DNA of 64,000 nt from Octopus vulgaris. Taxonomy: Eukaryota. Both the position numbers and the translations under genes were made by a program. The notes beneath the pieces are model-generated. The model saw only the letters and a list, made by a program, of their open reading frames with translations, searched no databases and was not told the origin of the DNA. Positions 26,314 to 41,402 of the stretch are shown here, piece after piece. The stretch lies in contig OX597833.1 of assembly GCA_951406725.2 (NCBI GenBank), positions 26,598,001 through 26,662,000 on the forward strand, in the 5' to 3' direction. Every line of letters begins with the position of its first letter. Position 1 is the first letter of the stretch.

Positions 26314-27595
26314 ATTTATTGAATGAACATTTTTTTAAATACCAAGATGATTTTTGAACGTGGGATAGCTATGAGAAGAGCCTAGAAAGTTGGGTAATTA
26401 CTATTAGAAGATGGGGAAAAATAAACACAAATGTACTCGAAGTTTGCACATTTTTCACAGTTTCTAAACGCAACTTCAAAAGCAACACACACACACCAAT
26501 ATACACTCGCGCACGCACATAGAGATACACACAAATAAAAGGCAATGAATGCGTGTGTGTGTATATGTATATATGCGTGTTTGAGTGTGTGCGCTGTCCA
26601 CCGACAAAACTTCGTGCTGCATCGGTTTTGTGAAGTTTTGTAAATGAACCGGTCGCGGTTTCAAAGCGGAGAAAATATGTTGACACAAATGAAGTCCTAA
26701 TGTTGAAGTGAAACTAACGGCATTTATGTGCTCTTGAATGGCTTACACACATCCTCCGCGCTGCAATTGTTTTTGTTTCAACATACGATGTCAGATCAAG
26801 TCACTTGCTATGCAAGTACATTTCTGTAATTTTTTTTAATCACTGTGGGTAAATGCCAGCGATGACATTCTCAGGCTCTCCAATATTTTAATTTCTAAGC
26901 AGAAACAATTGGGGATAGGGAGTGGGGTTGCAAAAATTCATAATTTCTCAATTTTTCTTTTTTATAGCATATAAAGGCATTTATGTGGGGAAATATTGAA
27001 AAAAAACCACCAATACATGCGAAAGTGATAAAGAACCAAGGAAGATTGTCTTTGAACGTGCTAGAAACAACAGCCAAATCGCCCTTAAATCACTTTTTCC
27101 TCTGAAAATATTAACAATTCAAAAAATTATTTTTACTGAAAATGCTCTTCCTATGTTTTCGAAGTGCAAAACAACATTTGCCAAAATAGGTTGGGTGGAA
27201 AAAAAAGTTTTCAATATTTTTCAAACAGGGATGCCTCCCCCAACCCCATCATTTCGAAGGCTGTGGTTAAAAAATATGGAGAAAATCCCAGAAAAAAGTT
27301 TCCCCACAAGTTTCTTTATAATCGTTATCTATGCCTTTTCCATAAATCCCTATATACTCTGAAGCCACATCTAAGCGGTATTTATAGAAAATTTTGTTAA
27401 GAAGTATCCATTTTTTAACAAGTCGGGGGCGTGTACATCTGTAGTAATGCCCTTTTAGTCATACGATCTTTTCATTTCATGTTTATTTCATTCATTGTTT
27501 GCAATATTATTTGTCTTTACGTTCTGAGTTCAAATTCTGCCGAGGTCGACTTTGGCTTTCACCTGTCAGGGTCGATGAAATAACTTCCAGCTATT

Positions 27596-28133
27596 GAGTG
27601 AGAGAGCAGAGCATGCCATCGAAAGTGACACTGGTGTAAAATATACAAAGTCCAGTTTACCCATCATGACTAACCGTCTGATAAGAGTACATCAGGTACA
27701 TGAATCCCGACCATATGTGCGCGACATGGTGATCTCTTATCGAGATAAACAGCGCATGACCTTGAAGGTGGGGCCCAGCCAAAATTATCTTCAGGTTGAG
27801 TATCCTATCACACTCAAATGACCCTCGAACAAGGGTTGTTTAAAAATGTTGAACGAAACACCCCGATGTGAATTACTCAAACTTTTTTCAACACATGGCT
27901 ATGATGCTCCCATACTACTTCTGCTCGTGATCAGAGATGCACATATCGTTAGCCTCTAAGGGACATGCTCAACTGGTTAAGGTCAAACAACTGACAAGTA
28001 AATCTGTGGTATTGAGCAGAATATTTGCTGTAGCCCATATTTCATACATAGATATAACAATGTACATGGTAACATTTCCAATCAGTTAAGATCAAAAACT
28101 ATGAATGCCACCACCTTCTACGGCATCAGTGCA
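27596..28133 (-). mobile_element. Element E, long form
   Basis: Near-tandem duplicate of 28186-28731, separated by (TTA)n. Confidence 0.88.
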
Positions 28134-28185
<52 letters not shown>

Positions 28186-28730
28186 GAGTGAGAGAGCAGT
28201 TCATGCCATCAAAGTGACACTGGGGCAAAATATACGAAGCCCAATATACCCATCATGATAAGATGATAATATACCCGTCTGATAAGAGTACACCAGGCAC
28301 ATGCATCACAACCATATGTGCGCGACATACTGATCTCATATCAAGATAAACAGCACATGACCTTGCAGGTGGTGCCCAGTTAGAATTTTCTTCAGGTTGA
28401 GTAGCCCATCCCTCTCAAAAGGTCCCTGAATAAGGGTTATTTAAGGATGTTGAAAGAACCACCCATGTTTCCATAGGTGAATTATTCAAACCCCAAAGAA
28501 TCCCTCTCAACACATTGCTATGATGCTCCTCCACTACTTCTGCTCATGATCAGAGATGCACATATTGTCAGTCATCAAGGGACATGCTCAACTGGTTAAG
28601 GTCAAATAACTGACAAGCAAATCTGCGGTATTGAGCAGAATATTTGCTGTAGCCCATCTTTTATACCAAGACAAAACAATGTACATGATAACACTTCCAA
28701 TCAGTTAAGATCAGAAGCCATGAGAGCCAC

Positions 28731-28731
<1 letters not shown>
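28186..28731 (-). mobile_element. Element E, long form, (TAA)n on both sides
   Basis: Homology to the 27596 and 53285 copies. Confidence 0.88.
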
Positions 28732-28778
<47 letters not shown>

Positions 28779-28964
28779 CATTCCATATATGCACAACTGA
28801 TCAGACTGCTGGAAAAAAATCCTACTATCGCGTAACATGAAACTTTAGATGGAAGAACCTTCGTAAATGTCTTTGCAGTCCCTAATAATACTATTTTCTG
28901 GAGCTGACACTAAACTAGGCTTGCAAAGCCTATATTCTATATTATTAATATAATTATCATCATT

Positions 28965-29015
<51 letters not shown>

Positions 29016-29033
29016 GTCATCATCATCATCATT

Positions 29034-30354
29034 CAGTAGTCTTATTCTTATCATGTGCCTTCACTTCACTACCGAGAGTAGCTCTGTGTGCATCGGGTAT
29101 GTGCTATGGTTTGTGATGCTCTTACTGAGAGTGTTTTACGTAGGATCTGCGCGATGCCTAGTAATGCTATATTCTGTATGTGATACATATATTTGTAAGT
29201 CCTGGTGTTTTTGTTATGTATTTGTCTGGATGTTTTTATCATACTTAATGTACCTATTATGATAGGAATTGTTTCTGTTTTTAGTCTCCACATTCGAGTT
29301 ACTTCTATTTCCATGTCTTTGCATTTTGAATGTTTATCCATTTCTTTTAGAGAAACGCTGTCATCTGTTGGTATTCACACATCGATTAGAGAGCATTTTT
29401 TTTCTTGATGATCTTTGACAATTATATCCTGGCTATTGGCATTAATTTCTCTATATGTGTGTATTGGTATATCCCATAGTATGGTTGCTTTCTCATTTTC
29501 TGTGACCTTTTCAGGAATGTGCTTATACCATCTTTTTTCTGTTGTTATTCCATAGTATTAGCATAGCTTCCAGTGTATGTAGGTCCCAACTCCGCCGTAT
29601 CTGTGAATATATTCCTTTTTAGCCAGGACTGGGCACCCAGAGAAAATATGACTGATTGTTTCGTGTTCATCTCCACATTTTCTGCAATTACTTATGTTTC
29701 TTTCCATTATATATTTTTGGTAATTACTGATGGGGAGGCTTTGATCTTCTGCTGCAATTAATAATCCTTCAGTTTCTACTTAGCTATTGTCGACATTTTG
29801 GTCTGTCTATTTCTTTTGCGTTTAATTTAACTCAGTATTTTCCATGTAGGGGCTTTTCTCCATCGTTTTATCATAACCCGTTTCTATTCCAGTTTTAGTG
29901 TGGGTTTCAGTTGTTTTACAGCTATGGTTTTTCCTCTTTTCCTTCATAATTGTTAGGCAGATTAACTTGTTTTTGTATTTATCAGCTTCCTTAAAGATTG
30001 AAAACAGTTTGTTTTGTTTTGTTCGTGTTTTGAGGCTATTTGTATTAGTTTTGTTTGCTTCTAAAGTAGGTATTTTTTTAGTCCTGTTGTAGTTATTTTG
30101 TAATAGTTTTGTAGCTGTATAAGGCCTCCACCACATTCTATACGTTCTATATATAACCTTTCTATGTCATATTTTGGATGGTGCATCATAAATCTTGTCA
30201 TTTTTCTTCTTTCCTTGTCTATTTTGTTTTGTTCATTTAGTGTCCAGTTACAGATATTGTCGCTATAACATGTGACTGAAACGGCTAGTGTTGATATTAT
30301 TTTTCGCACTGAGCTCTGTTTCCAGTATTAATCTAACTCGTCTAGAGTATTCTA
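29034..30354 (-). mobile_element. R4/Dong-type retrotransposon (D1), longest remnant, reaching the end of the RT region
   Basis: EYSRRVRLILETELSAKN, MHHPKYDIERLYIER..GGGLIQL, KDMEIEVTRMW, IQNIALLGIAQILRKTLS; D1 3' UTR. Confidence 0.88.
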
Positions 30355-30494
<140 letters not shown>

Positions 30495-30495
30495 T

Positions 30496-30990
30496 ATGTT
30501 TGACTTTTGCTTTGTATTTGTACAAGTTGGCTCCGAGTCTCACCAAGACACCCCAAGAGACAATTAGAAGTTGATGTTGGTGTTATGCCTAGGGTGTCAT
30601 ATATTTGGTTTTGCACAAAGTATTGTTCTAGAGAATGTTTAGGAAAACAAGAAAATTATAAGTTTGTTTTAAAATTTGAGATTACATAGACAGTATTTTA
30701 CGTAGGATATGGGCAGTTTCATGGGCACTATCTTCTGAATTTCTGCCATTTTGGGGTTTGCTGGTATCTGAGCTAGGTAGCAATCAACCCCTTTTCTAGA
30801 GCACCTATGACAACAGGTATTGTTTTAGTCTTCAGGTTCCACATTTTGCCAGTTTCTATTTCAAGATCTTTATACTTACTCAGTTTTTGGTAGGTCTTGA
30901 CAGATACGTTTAAATCAATTGGAACAGTTATATCAATGAGGAGGTATTTTTTTCTGAAGTCTTTCAATATAATGTCTTGACTATTGTCTG
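30496..30990 (-). mobile_element. R4/Dong-type 3' fragment (D2)
   Basis: LLIDITVPIDLNVSVKTYQKLSKYKDLEIETGKMW; 3' UTR homologous to 19375-19564; followed by (TAC)n(TAA)n. Confidence 0.88.
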
Positions 30991-31004
30991 AAGTATTTCA
31001 ATAT

Positions 31005-31005
31005 T

Positions 31006-31040
<35 letters not shown>

Positions 31041-31043
31041 TAA

Positions 31044-31135
<92 letters not shown>

Positions 31136-31595
31136 TTATTATTATTAATATTATTATTATTATTATCATTGTTATAATTGTTGTTGTTATTATTATTATC
31201 ATTATTATTATCATTACTATTGTTATTATCACTATTATTATTATTATTATCATCATCATTTTCATTATTATCATTATCATTATTATTATCATTACTATTA
31301 TTGTTATTATTATTATTACCATTATCCTTAATAATAATCACTATGATTATTGTTATCATTATTATTATTGCTATTATTATTATTATTATTATCATTACTA
31401 TTGTTATTATTATCACTATTACTATTATTATCATCATCATCATTTTCATTATTATCATTATCATTATCATTATTATTATCATTACTATTATTGTTATTAT
31501 TATTATTACAATTATCCTTATTAATAATAATCACTATGATTATTGTTATCATTACTATTATTGCTATTATTATTATTATAATTATTATTATTATA
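31005..31595. repeat. Compound AAT/ATT/ATC trinucleotide region with internal ~190 bp duplication
   Basis: ATTATCCTTA at 31321 and 31511 with matching flanks. Confidence 0.85.
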
Positions 31596-32710
31596 CATAT
31601 ATTTAATGTTAAGGACTAATTCATACATACAGTACAAAAATGTAGTCACAGGAGTTACGTAACCCATGGTAATCGACGAAACGTATTATTGTTGTTGTTG
31701 TTGTCGCTTTTGTTGTTGTTGATATTTATAGGTAAACCATGTAACATCATTGCTTCACCGAATTTAGGCTAAGTGTATGCATAAGTACAGACAACTTCAG
31801 AATCACATATGTTTTTGTTAACACCGTGTTACGTGCAATAAAAACTGCAACAAACCTGATGCTACTCTTGTTCTAACTGCTGTTGCTGCTGCCGCGGCAA
31901 CTGATATTTGATGCTGTTGCTAATCCTGGTGTTGCTGTTCTTTTCTACTGTACAATCAGTTGCTGTACTGTTGCTGCTACTAAATGCAACAATGAAATGA
32001 ATACAAACTGCTGTCTCAAACTACTGACGATGTAAAATTTCATTTTATTTGCTATTATGTTTTGTAAGAACGTTTGTGCAGAAAGTGTTGCATGTTTAAG
32101 AGTTTCGCATCGCAACTACGCAATTTGGAGTTCAATCTCAAAGCGCTTCAATTTGAGTAAGTGTTTGGTGCCTTATAGTGTGGGTCGGTCAAAGACTTAC
32201 GATCCAAATTTGAACAGAAGAAACTATATGAAAGTTAATGGAAGAGACATTTCCTCTTGATCGTTGTATTATTTAAACTGTCGCTCGGATTAACAGTACT
32301 AAGCAGCGTGGAATTGCTCTTCATAGGTTATAGATAAATTAAAAAGTTTGAATCAGGTAACTGGTCAAAGGATATCTTCCTCTCTCAAGGATGCATTGCA
32401 AAGGTTTATGGTCGCTGACCTTACTCTGATAAGTCATGTAAAAATAAATGCACGTTTCTATAAAGTTAATGAAAGAGAATCATTAAGGCCAACTTACTCA
32501 AGAGTGAACTAAATAAACTGAAGTAAAAGTAGCATCTTGAATATTTATCTTTTATGACAATTAAATATATTGGTTTCAATAGGGCACAAGATAAGCTCAA
32601 CATTTGATATTAAACAAGATAAAGTTACGGTCCTTCGTTTTAAAATCTCATCGAGGCCAGATTTGGCGCTCAACCTTGCAAAGATCAAGGAAATGTGCAC
32701 CATTAGGATA

Positions 32711-33128
32711 CTCTTTACTCTTTTACTCTTTTACTTGTTTCAGTCATTTGAATGTGGCCATGCTGGAGCACCACCTGTAGTCAAGCAAATCGACCCCAGG
32801 ACTTATTCTTTGTAAGCCTAGTACTTATTCTATTGGCCTCTTTTACCGAACCGCTACTTTACGGGGATGTAAATACACCAACATCGCTTGTCAAGCGATG
32901 TTGGGGCACAAACACAGACATACAAACATATACACACAGGTACATATATACATATATACATATATACAACAGGCTACTTTTAGTTTCGTCGACCAAATCC
33001 ACTCACAAGGCTATGGTCAGCCCGAGGTTATAGTAGAAAACACTCTCCCAAGGTACCATTCAGTGGCACTGAACCCGGAGCCATGTGGTTCGTAAGCAAG
33101 CTACTTACCACGCAGCCACTCCTACGCC
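32711..33128 (-). mobile_element. SINE family B
   Basis: Reverse complement of the family B pattern. Confidence 0.88.
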
Positions 33129-33294
33129 TGAATGGGATATAATCGAACGGGCAAATTTCTACGACAAGAAATTTATATAAATTTTCAGCCATAGGTAGAT
33201 GCTGCTAAATTTCCAAGTTACGATTAAGTAGTTCTTGGTTTGCTTACCTATATCCTAGCAAATGAAGAATATAAATAACAACGACAACAACAGC

Positions 33295-33353
<59 letters not shown>

Positions 33354-34409
33354 GGAAAGCAAAAAATTTGCTATTGATCTCGTGCAGGATACCCAAACTG
33401 AACAACCCAAGGCAACTATTGTTGCAAAGAAGGTGAAAATAATGGCAACGAAAAAAGCGCACGAGCAATTTGCTGATAGGTGGGAGGAGAAACCTCTGCA
33501 CGGCAAATATGTGACCCGCAGCAAACAAGCTGATGTTGACCAGAAGCAAACCCATCAGTGGCTACGGAGCTCAGGGCTAAAAGCAGAGAGCGAAGGTTGC
33601 TCAAGATCAAAGCCTATTAACCCGGAGCTACCAGGCCAATGTGAGGAAAAATGGAGCAGACCCAAAATGCCGATTCTGCAACGACATGATTGAAACAGTG
33701 GACCACCTAATCTCTGGATGTAAAGTCTTAGCACCAATGGAGTATAAATTAAGACATGACAGAGTTGGCCAATATCTCCACTGGCTAATAAGTCGGCATT
33801 ACAATATCAAAACTGCCGACAAGTGGTATAATCACCACCCTGAGGCTGTAACTGAAGGAGAAAATGTAACCATCCTGTTGGACTTTCCAGTACATACAGA
33901 CCGAACCATCAAGGCCAATAAACCAGATATTGTTGTGAAAGACCAAAACAATAAAGTTTGCTTATTGATCGACATGAGCATCCCCTGTGATCATAATATC
34001 TCAGCGAAAGAGTTTGACAAGCTCAGAAAATATAAAGACCTACTCATTGAAATTGAGAAAATGTGGCATCTCAAGGCGGTTACAATACCAGTGATCGTAG
34101 GAGCACTAGGAATGATCAAGAAGGGAACCGAAAATTATATGAGAATGATCCCTGGCTTACCATCCCTGCAAGAAGTGCAAAAGATTGTCTTAACTGGTAC
34201 GTCACACGTATTGAGAAGAGCATTGTCGATGTGAGAACTGTTGCTGCTCATGTATTTTAATTTAACTTAAAAAAAATTTTTTTTTTAAATGAACGAACTA
34301 TTGAGTTTGGTTTAATGGCCTACCAATGTATACTATGAGTTTCTTTGCCCTAGGAGTCAGGAAGACACTCGGCAAGAAATGGAAGCAAATTTGAAAGAAG
34401 AAAAAAAAA

Positions 34410-34410
<1 letters not shown>
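33354..34410 (+). mobile_element. R4/Dong-type retrotransposon, 5'-truncated (3' UTR type D3), with a 197 aa open endonuclease region
   Basis: WEEKPLHGKY, WLRSSGLKAESEG, CRFC-x8-H-x4-C, RHDRVG, KPDIVVKD, LIDMSIP, KLRKYKDL; (TAA)n on both sides. Confidence 0.92.
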
Positions 34411-34454
<44 letters not shown>

Positions 34455-35070
34455 TTGGTTTCAAAATTAGGCAAGAGGCCAGCCATGTTGGAGGAGGAGA
34501 TTTGACGATTACATTGACCCCAGGGCTCAGCTGGCAATTGTTTTATCGACTTCGAAAGGATGAAAGGCAAAGACGATCTTATCCTGTATGCAGACAACAA
34601 TACCTTGCTTATTCACCCGAAGAGATGCACTAATCGGTCAATAAATTCAAAAATATATACAACCGTTTAGCTCTGACAATTAATATCTGAAAGACCAAAA
34701 TACTTCCACGACCTACTCCAAATTTAACCTTCTACATTTCAACATTCGCATCTTTATCACACATATATATATATATATTGAAATTTATATTGTTAACAAA
34801 GAATGTGTCATTGAAATTTGCGTGGAATTTCTTTGCGAAAACATGAAGCTTGAATTGTCGAACTGAATTATAAAGAAAATCATGAAAAATTCACGAATAT
34901 TATTTGCTTTTAAGTCACACATTATTATGTAGATCCACGATCTCAGGCTTATACTACAATTTATATTTTCTCTCGATACAATAGGCACTTAAAACAACTA
35001 ACAATAGCATAGCACATAGTCCCAAGTCATCTTCACTTCCAAGTGACAATCGTACATTTTACGTCATATA

Positions 35071-35252
35071 GTGGCTGTGTGGTAAGAACCTTGCTTTCCA
35101 ACCATATGGTTCCGGGGTCAATCCTACTGCGTGGAAACTTGGGCAAGTGTCTTCTACTATAGCCTCGGGCCGACCAAAGCCATGTGAGTGTATTTGGTAG
35201 AAGAAACTGAAAGAAGCTCGTCGTATATATATATATAGATGTGTGTGTGTGT

Positions 35253-35313
<61 letters not shown>

Positions 35314-35534
35314 TTTGTTTGTGTGTCTGCATTTGCCCACTAACATCTTTTGACCACAAATGCTGGTGTGTTTACGTCCTCGTAAACTAGCGATTCGGCA
35401 AAAGAGACCGGTAGAATAATTATAAGCCTTGCAAAGAATAAGTCCTGGGTTCGATTTGCACGACTAAAGTCGGTGCTCCAGCATGGCCAGAGTCAAATGA
35501 TTGAAAGAAGTAAAAGAATAAAAGAATAAAAGAA
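35071..35534 (+). mobile_element. SINE family B with internal (TG)n
   Basis: Homology to the 47008 copy; AATAAAAG tail repeats. Confidence 0.88.
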
Positions 35535-36139
35535 TGTGTGCGTGTGTGTGTGTGTGTGTGTGCGTGTATGTGTGCGTGTGTGTGTGTGCATGTATTTCAA
35601 GAAAAGAGGCACAATAAAAGTGCGACACTCAACAGATATCAGGATATGCATTTCATCCCTCTCTCTCTCTCTATCTGTCTGACTCTCTCTCCCTCTCTCT
35701 ATCTATCTGTCTCCCTCTCTCTGCCTCTCTCTCTCTCTTTCCCTCCGGTTCAACAGTTTTGGATTTGAATCTAGGGCTGCATTGTTCGGTCAACTTTAAT
35801 ATGAAGCCTTATCTGTCCTCTGCTATTTCTTTGTCATGCGAGGTTGTTAGTATTTTGAGTAATGTCAAAAACGTATATATTTGGATATTCAATATCGATT
35901 ATTCATTTCATTGCCAGACACTGAAGAGGTGTGTGTGTGTGTTTGATTGCATAATGTATCTGTAACCGTAACGTAATTAAATATACCTTTTGCTGAAACG
36001 CGTATATGTCCCATAAGGTATTGGGTATCATCCCTACTTTCTGTTTTATTATAGACATAAGCGCGTACGTACGCACGCACACGGACACTCACAACAAAAT
36101 ATATATCTTTATATATCTCTATATATTTATACGCATATA

Positions 36140-36277
<138 letters not shown>

Positions 36278-36320
36278 CATATATACATACATATATATAT
36301 ATATATATATACACATACCT

Positions 36321-36411
<91 letters not shown>

Positions 36412-36973
36412 TATACATATATATACACCACGTACTTAAAGAATGCATGAATGGCAAACATGGTTTATCGATAGCAGTAAACAATTAAAATATATGAAAA
36501 CAAAGTACAAATTTACGATGAGATTCACTCTAGTTCTACAGTGTAACTACGACAATAATAGTGATTATATATATTTATATACTTACTATGAAAACAACAG
36601 AAATTCTCTTATATGTTGTTATTATAACAACAAGAGTAGTTACCGTGACAACAATAGTGGTTCTATATATATTGTAACTATAGCAACACTGGTGATAATA
36701 TAGGCAATGCTACTACAACAACAATAGAGTGAGATGAATTCCTTACTACACTATTAAGGGACATCACTGGTGTGAAATGGGTTGTGGGCTTCAGGACATT
36801 TTGTGTTCATAGTACTGTGTCAAACAGAAATAAGGTCATGCCTTTACCTCGACATGCGTAGAGACAGAGACGGATTTACCTCACGACAAATACAGATCAA
36901 CGATCGTGTACACAACATATGGCATATTTAAGTTTTCATGGATGTAGCTACCCAACTGATCATATGTACATAT

Positions 36974-37041
<68 letters not shown>

Positions 37042-38977
37042 ACATATATATATATATATATATGTACGTATATATGATATATAAAGAATTCCGAAAACTT
37101 ACATCAAACATGCAAACATAGGTGTGAACATACAACTGTGTATTTTTACCAGCAAGCCCAAGCAGAGATACACATTTTCTATCTGCACACTTGCACGCAT
37201 AGACTGATTAGCTTATACAGGCAAATCTAAACCACATTGTCGTTAGTTCCAGATACCTACAGACTCATGTAGGGCCGGACTAAGACACTCAATACAACAT
37301 CAATGCAAAGTCCAACTATATTCAAATATCAATTATCTTATCCACATTTCATTTGTTGCAATTATACTGCCTAAAGTATAACGCTGTAATTAAGGCGGCG
37401 AACTGGCCGAATTGTTAGCACAGCGATTAAAATACTAAGCGGTATTTCGTTCGTCTTTACGTTGTAAGATCAAATCCTGGCTACGTCAAATTAGAAATCA
37501 ATATTATAGCATAGTTGTACCAGGAGAACTTTCTAGTAGGCAATTAATTCATATGGTGTGTTACGGGATTTTTCTCATACACTGATTGATAATTAATTGC
37601 GTTACACCAGATGATTAATCTGGACATTGGCTATTATATTGAGGTGACCCTGTTTCGTCGCGAATGCAGAATATACACTTCTTTCTAGTTTACACATTTA
37701 ATATGATCTCAAGACAAGGCAGGTGTTACATATTCGTCTTTAGAATTACTTCACATGCTTCATGTTGCGTTTATAATTTCCAATAAAGCTTTCATTACTA
37801 ATCGTACGTCATCAGGCGATTCATTATTGCATTTGTCAGACATATGAACATTCTGGAATATATATAATTGTGTTGTGCTAATTGCAATGAAGTCGTTGGA
37901 ACATATTGAGGTTGATAATTGCGACATTTTTCTTTAGTCTCACGTCTTCTCAAAGGTTTACCAGATCATTATATATATATAAAATGTATGTATATATATA
38001 TGCATTTACATATGTATAAAGATAGATATGTATAAAGATAGATAAGTATAAATATATATATATATATATAACACATATAGTAAGATATACTGAAAAATAT
38101 GTATACGTGTTTGTGTGGCCATCTCAATATTTGCGTATATTTGTTTGTGATTCTTTTTATGCATATATAAATGCGGATATATATGCGTGTGTGTATTTGT
38201 GTGCACCTGAGTCTACGTGAGAGTGTAGGCGTGTGCATTAAAGAAAAATATAAATGTGAACATGCATATATATATACGTTGTTATTGCTTTAAGAAATAT
38301 TGTTGAATTCTATTTGATTATTTATTTAAAATGACCTGAGGAGTGACTATACTTTAAATTGAATTGTTTTTGAAGCGATTAAATTTAAATTTAATTGTAA
38401 TTGGAATTGAAGTTATAGCCACGAAACATACGTAGTCTTTTTACTTCTTATATACTGTTTATTTATTATGTACTTTTTGTGATCTAGATATATGACTGTG
38501 AGAAAGGTATGCTTAGTTCCTGTAGTAATGGCACTACTACAGCAGCAGAATTAGTAGTAGTAGTGGTGGTGGTGGTTGTAGTAGTAGTAGTAGTAGTAGT
38601 AGTAGTAATGTGAGCGACTTTGGAAAATCTACAAGTGCTATTATGAATATCATCACCACCACAACCACGACTACTACGACTACTACTACTACTACTATTA
38701 CTACTAATACTACTACGACTACGACTACTACTACTACTACCTTTACGTACACTAATGATGTTTTGTAGGTCTAAATGAAATACATATATGTTTTTTCTCC
38801 CAAAATCTCGGATGAATAGACTTTCCATAATCATTTTCACTCTCTACTCTTCGTGTCTATCTCTCACTCTCTCTCTCTCTCACTCTCATTCTCTATCGCT
38901 CTTCATCGTGTTTTTCTTTGCTTGGTTCTTCTGTTTCATTTTTTCCTGATTCATTTTTCTCCTATTTCTCTCTCTCT

Positions 38978-39069
<92 letters not shown>

Positions 39070-39165
39070 ATTAATATATATATATATATATACATATATA
39101 TATGCATATATGTATGCATGTATGTATGTATATATCTATATCTATCTACCTATCTATCTATCTAT

Positions 39166-39214
<49 letters not shown>

Positions 39215-39780
39215 GTTGTGTGTGTGTGTAATTGTATGTATATAACTTTCCATATCTTTCCATTTGTTTGTCTGCTTGAATTTTTGGGTTTATCTTTGTC
39301 TATAGTTAGCCTTTGTATGTTTCTAATCATAATAAGCAAAGACATCAATAAGTAACAACCCTGCTTACTGTCGTGTTTGCTATATTTGCTCAGCTGGCGA
39401 CCGAAAAATTTTTTAATAACTAACTTTTATTGCGTAAAAATATGTTTTTCACAAACATGTTTAATGTTGTTCATTGGCTTAATGGCTGTTTTTCCATTTT
39501 TCACGAATGATACACAGGCACGAATATATACGCATGCATATTCCTATACACATACATATATAGACATATCAACACATACGCATATCTATATGCATCAAAT
39601 TCACTTATGTACATGCGTGTATGAGTGTGTGTGTGCGTGTGTGTGTGTGTGTGTGTGCCTCTGTGTGCGTGCATTGGTGTGTGTAAGAGGACATGTCAGC
39701 ACATGTGCAAGCACCTATTAATATACGCGTGGGCATGTCTGTTATTGTCTATGTGTTAGTGATGCTGATTTTAATCTTTT

Positions 39781-40642
39781 AACACAAGGCCTGTAAGTTA
39801 AAGGGAGTGTAAATCGATTATATCGACTCCATTGTTCAACTGGTATTTATTGTATCAACCCGAAAAGATGAAAGAAAAAGTCGAACTCGGCCGAATTCGA
39901 AATCAGAAGGTAGTAGCAGACAAAGTACTACTAAGCATTTCGTCCGACGTGCTAACGATTCTGCCAGCTCAACACCTTAACTTGACTGTATATTCTTTTC
40001 TACTCTAGGCATAAGACGCAAAATTTCGGTGTAGCGGGGCTAGTCGATTAGATCGATCCCAGTACGCAACTGGTACTTGATTTATCGACCCCAAAAGGTT
40101 GAAAGGCAAAGTTGACCTCGGCGGAACTTGAATTCAAAATGTAGCAGCAGATGAAATGCCTATTTCTTTACTACCCACAAGGGGCTAAACACAGAGAGGA
40201 CAAACAAGGACAGACAAAGGAATTAAGTCGATTGTATCGACCCCAGTGCGTAACTGGTACTTTTTTAATCGACCCAGAAAGGATGAAAGGCAAAGTCGAC
40301 CTCGGCGGAATTTGAACTCAGAACGTAGCGGCAGATGAAATTCCGCTAAGCATTTCATCCGGCGTGCTAACGTTTCTGCCGGCTCGCCACATTTAGTTGT
40401 CTATATATTAATTTATTTATTGCTTGTAGGGAACTAAATATAGAGGGAACAAACAAGGACAGATAAAGGAATTAAGTTGATTACGTCGACCCCAGAGTGT
40501 AACCGGTATTTATTTAATCGACTCTGAAAGGATGAAAGGCAAAGTCGACCTCGGCGGAATTTGAACTCAGAACGTAAAGACAGACAAAATACTACTAAGC
40601 ATTTCGCCCGGCGTGCTAACGTTTCTGCCAGCTCGCCGCTTT
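39781..40642 (-). mobile_element. Cluster of four SINE family A units
   Basis: Units ~39781-39978, 39996-40160, 40161-40389 and 40414-40642. Confidence 0.88.
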
Positions 40643-41083
40643 AAACTTGTCGACATACTACAAAATAAATGCAGGTGTTTTATACCTCCTGAAGACAACG
40701 GTGCCATCCTTGACGATTTATTTAAATGAACCTGAAGACTTCACCGTACACAACACCATTAGGCGAACATTTTTCTCGGTTTTTCAAATTAATTATGGAT
40801 ACTGCGAACCGTTCTGTGCATAGTTAATTTTTGAACTCCACGTGCCGTGTAAAACTTTTAATTTCACAGTCAATACTTTTTGAATCTTGCTTTATTTTTG
40901 CTGTTGTTTCTGCTTTTTTTTATATATATATATACATTTCTCCATTGCCTACAATATTAGTTTCCAAACTTATTCCCTATATCCCAGGCTCCCTCTTTCG
41001 CCCGTTCACTTTCCCTCCGTCTTGATTTCTTACGTTCTCTTGCGTGTAATTTATTCATCTTTGTATTTAACAATGTCTCCTTC

Positions 41084-41150
<67 letters not shown>

Positions 41151-41193
41151 ATATATATATATTAGAAGGATTGGAGATGATGTACAGGTATTT

Positions 41194-41402
41194 TATATTA
41201 GAAGAAATGAGGTACTCAGAAAGTCGAATGGCTTTATATTTACAGATATTTATCTGTATATTACATGTTTTTTATACGTCATATAACATATATCATATAT
41301 CATATGATATATGATATATGTTAAATGATGCATAAAAACATGTAATATACAAATAAATATCTATAAATATAAAACCATTCGACTTTCTGATTACCTCATT
41401 TC

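Noticed and set aside
33641-34234. 197 aa ORF as a host nuclease gene
   Set aside because: It is the C-terminus of a truncated Dong-type element, with an upstream frameshift and no RT.
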